From an uncultured delta proteobacterium (GTDB lineage: Bacteria > Myxococcota > Kuafuiibacteriia > Kuafuiibacteriales > Kuafuiibacteriaceae), in contig CAWDML010000015.1 in the NCBI GenBank assembly GCA_963803435.1, forward strand, positions 45,922-109,921: a DNA stretch of 64,000 nt, given 5' to 3'. A program made the translations under genes and the position numbers. Below, one piece after another: positions 62,671-64,000 of the stretch. Position 1 is the stretch's first letter. Each line of letters begins with the position of its first letter. Under the pieces are notes generated by a model, which made no database searches, had not been told where the DNA came from, and saw only the letters and a list, made by a program, of their open reading frames with translations.

Positions 62671-63710
62671 ATGGCCTTGACCATCGTAGAGACACGCGCA
62701 ATCACCGGCGGAGTGGACACCCACGCGGACGTGCATGTCGCGGCTGCGCTCGACCCCATCGGAGGGCTGCTGGGGGTCAGGGAGTTCCCGGCCACCGCGG
62801 CCGGCTACGGCCGCCTGCTGAGCTGGCTGGGCGGGTTCGGGACCGTGTGCCTGGTCGGGATCGAAGGCACCGGCAGCTACGGCGCCGGCCTGGCCCGCCA
62901 CATCACCACGGCAGGCGTCCGGGTCGTGGAGGTCGACCGCTCCGACCGGCAGGACCGCCGCCGCCAGGGCAAGTCCGACTCCCTCGACGCTGTCAGCGCT
63001 GCCCGCGCCGCCCAGTCAGGCCGGGCCCGCGGCGCGTCCCGGGGCCGGGACGGCGCGGTCGAGGCGATCCGCGCGCTGATGGTCGCCAAGCGCAGCGCCG
63101 CGGGCGAACGCACCCAGACCATCAACCAGGCCAGGGCCCTGGTCCTGACCGGCCCCGATGATCTGCGGGCCCGCTTCACCGGGCACACCGCGGCGGCCCT
63201 GGTCGCGCAGCTGGCCTCGCTGCGCCCCCGGCCCGGCAGCACCGTCGGCTACGCCACCCGCATCGCGCTGCGCGAGCTAGGCAGGCGCGCGGAGTTCCTC
63301 GACGGCCAGCTCGAGCGCCTCGACGAGCTCATCAGCCCCCTCGTCGCCGCCCGCGCCCCGGGCTTCTCGCCCTCTACGGGATCGGCCCCCACACCGCGGC
63401 GCTGCTGCTCATCGCAGCCGGGGACCACCCAGAACGACTGCGCAGCGAGGCCGCCTGGGCGCACCTGTGCGGCGCCGCCCCCATCCCGGCGTCCTCCGGC
63501 AAGACCGTCCGCCGCCGGCTCAACCCGGGCGGCGACCGCCAGGCCAACCATGCCCTGTGGCGGATCGTGTTCACCCGCCTGGGCTCTGACCCGGCTACCC
63601 GCGCCTACGCCGAACGCCGCACAGCCGAAGGGAAATCCAAGAAGGAAATCATCCGCTGCCTGAAGCGCTACATCGCCCGCGAGGTCTATCCCCACCTCCG
63701 CGCCGGCTAG
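62671..63710 (+). CDS. IS110 DEDD recombinase/transposase (frameshift near 63365)
   Basis: GVDTH, GIEGTGSYG, GKSDSLDA; second frame GIGPHTAA...PASSGKT..RLNPGGDRQANHAL...RCLKRYIARE. Confidence 0.93.
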
Positions 63711-63726
63711 CACGCACTCCCGGGGG

Positions 63727-63880
63727 CGGCCTGGCCCGCTAATCGGCTGCCGCACTTGCTGGCCTGCGAACGATCCGCCGGCCGTCCCCGGGGCATTACG
63801 ACCTGCTGAGCGTGACCTAATAAGAGCTTTCCCTCCATACCCGGAGTGGACCATCCCTGTCTTGTCCGCACCCAGCACTG
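63727..63880 (-). ncRNA. Candidate IS110 bridge-RNA-like module (antisense, downstream end)
   Basis: Minus strand GGACAAGACAGGGATGG-hairpin-AAAGCTCTTATTAGGTCACG...CAGCCGATT; GCTCTTAT can pair with the element end ATAGGAGC. Bounds approximate. Confidence 0.45.
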
Positions 63881-63952
63881 CAGCAAATCACCGCGCCCCA
63901 CGACCGAAAAACCGAAACCGAAAGAAGCCTTGACAAACATAGGAGCATCGGC

Positions 63953-64000
63953 TTGACCGCGAGCATTCCCCAGAGTTCACGGAGGACCTCCGGCGGGTAG
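63953..64000 (-). pseudogene. Upstream part of the IS-interrupted patatin-like gene
   Basis: YPPEVLRELWGMLAVK joins in frame to PIPFLP across the empty site. Confidence 0.55.

Larger units (their letters stand above)
62402..63952 (+). mobile_element. IS110-family insertion sequence (~1.55 kb)
   Basis: ATCGGC occurs at 62396-62401 and 63947-63952; removing the element restores an open frame; no TIRs; right end TTGACAAACATAGGAGCATC. Confidence 0.88.

Overview
High-GC bacterial window, most likely Myxococcota: it has a MYXO-CTERM-type tail, a MopE-like Cys/Asp repeat, an MshEN protein, an ECF/FecR pair and an MFE-2-like fusion. Housekeeping and metabolic genes include xdhAB, murB, nth, an SCP-x thiolase with an MFE-2-like enzyme, a ravA/viaA-like pair, hemW-hrcA-grpE-dnaK-asd and moaC, plus several lipoprotein clusters. 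Many genes are split by apparent single-base frameshifts, even hemW, so uncorrected long-read indels are likely. Three regions stand out. (1) A ~10 kb minus-strand operon (1.8-12.2 kb) joins a divergent GluRS paralog, a COOH-NH2-ligase-like ORF, a SycD/LcrH-like TPR ORF, an M28 peptidase fusion and a ~1000-aa orphan; it may be a secreted-effector or glutamyl-tagging cassette. (2) Two cassettes each pair a four-helix-bundle gene with a transposase-like remnant, bounded by inverted short tandem repeats and sitting between convergent genes; one has ~70-bp TIRs and a duplicated CTAG. (3) An IS110 element interrupts a patatin-like gene, its empty site can be rebuilt in frame, and both of its non-coding ends carry a homologous bridge-RNA-like module matching the target site. 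All family assignments are from motif recognition by eye; no searches were run.
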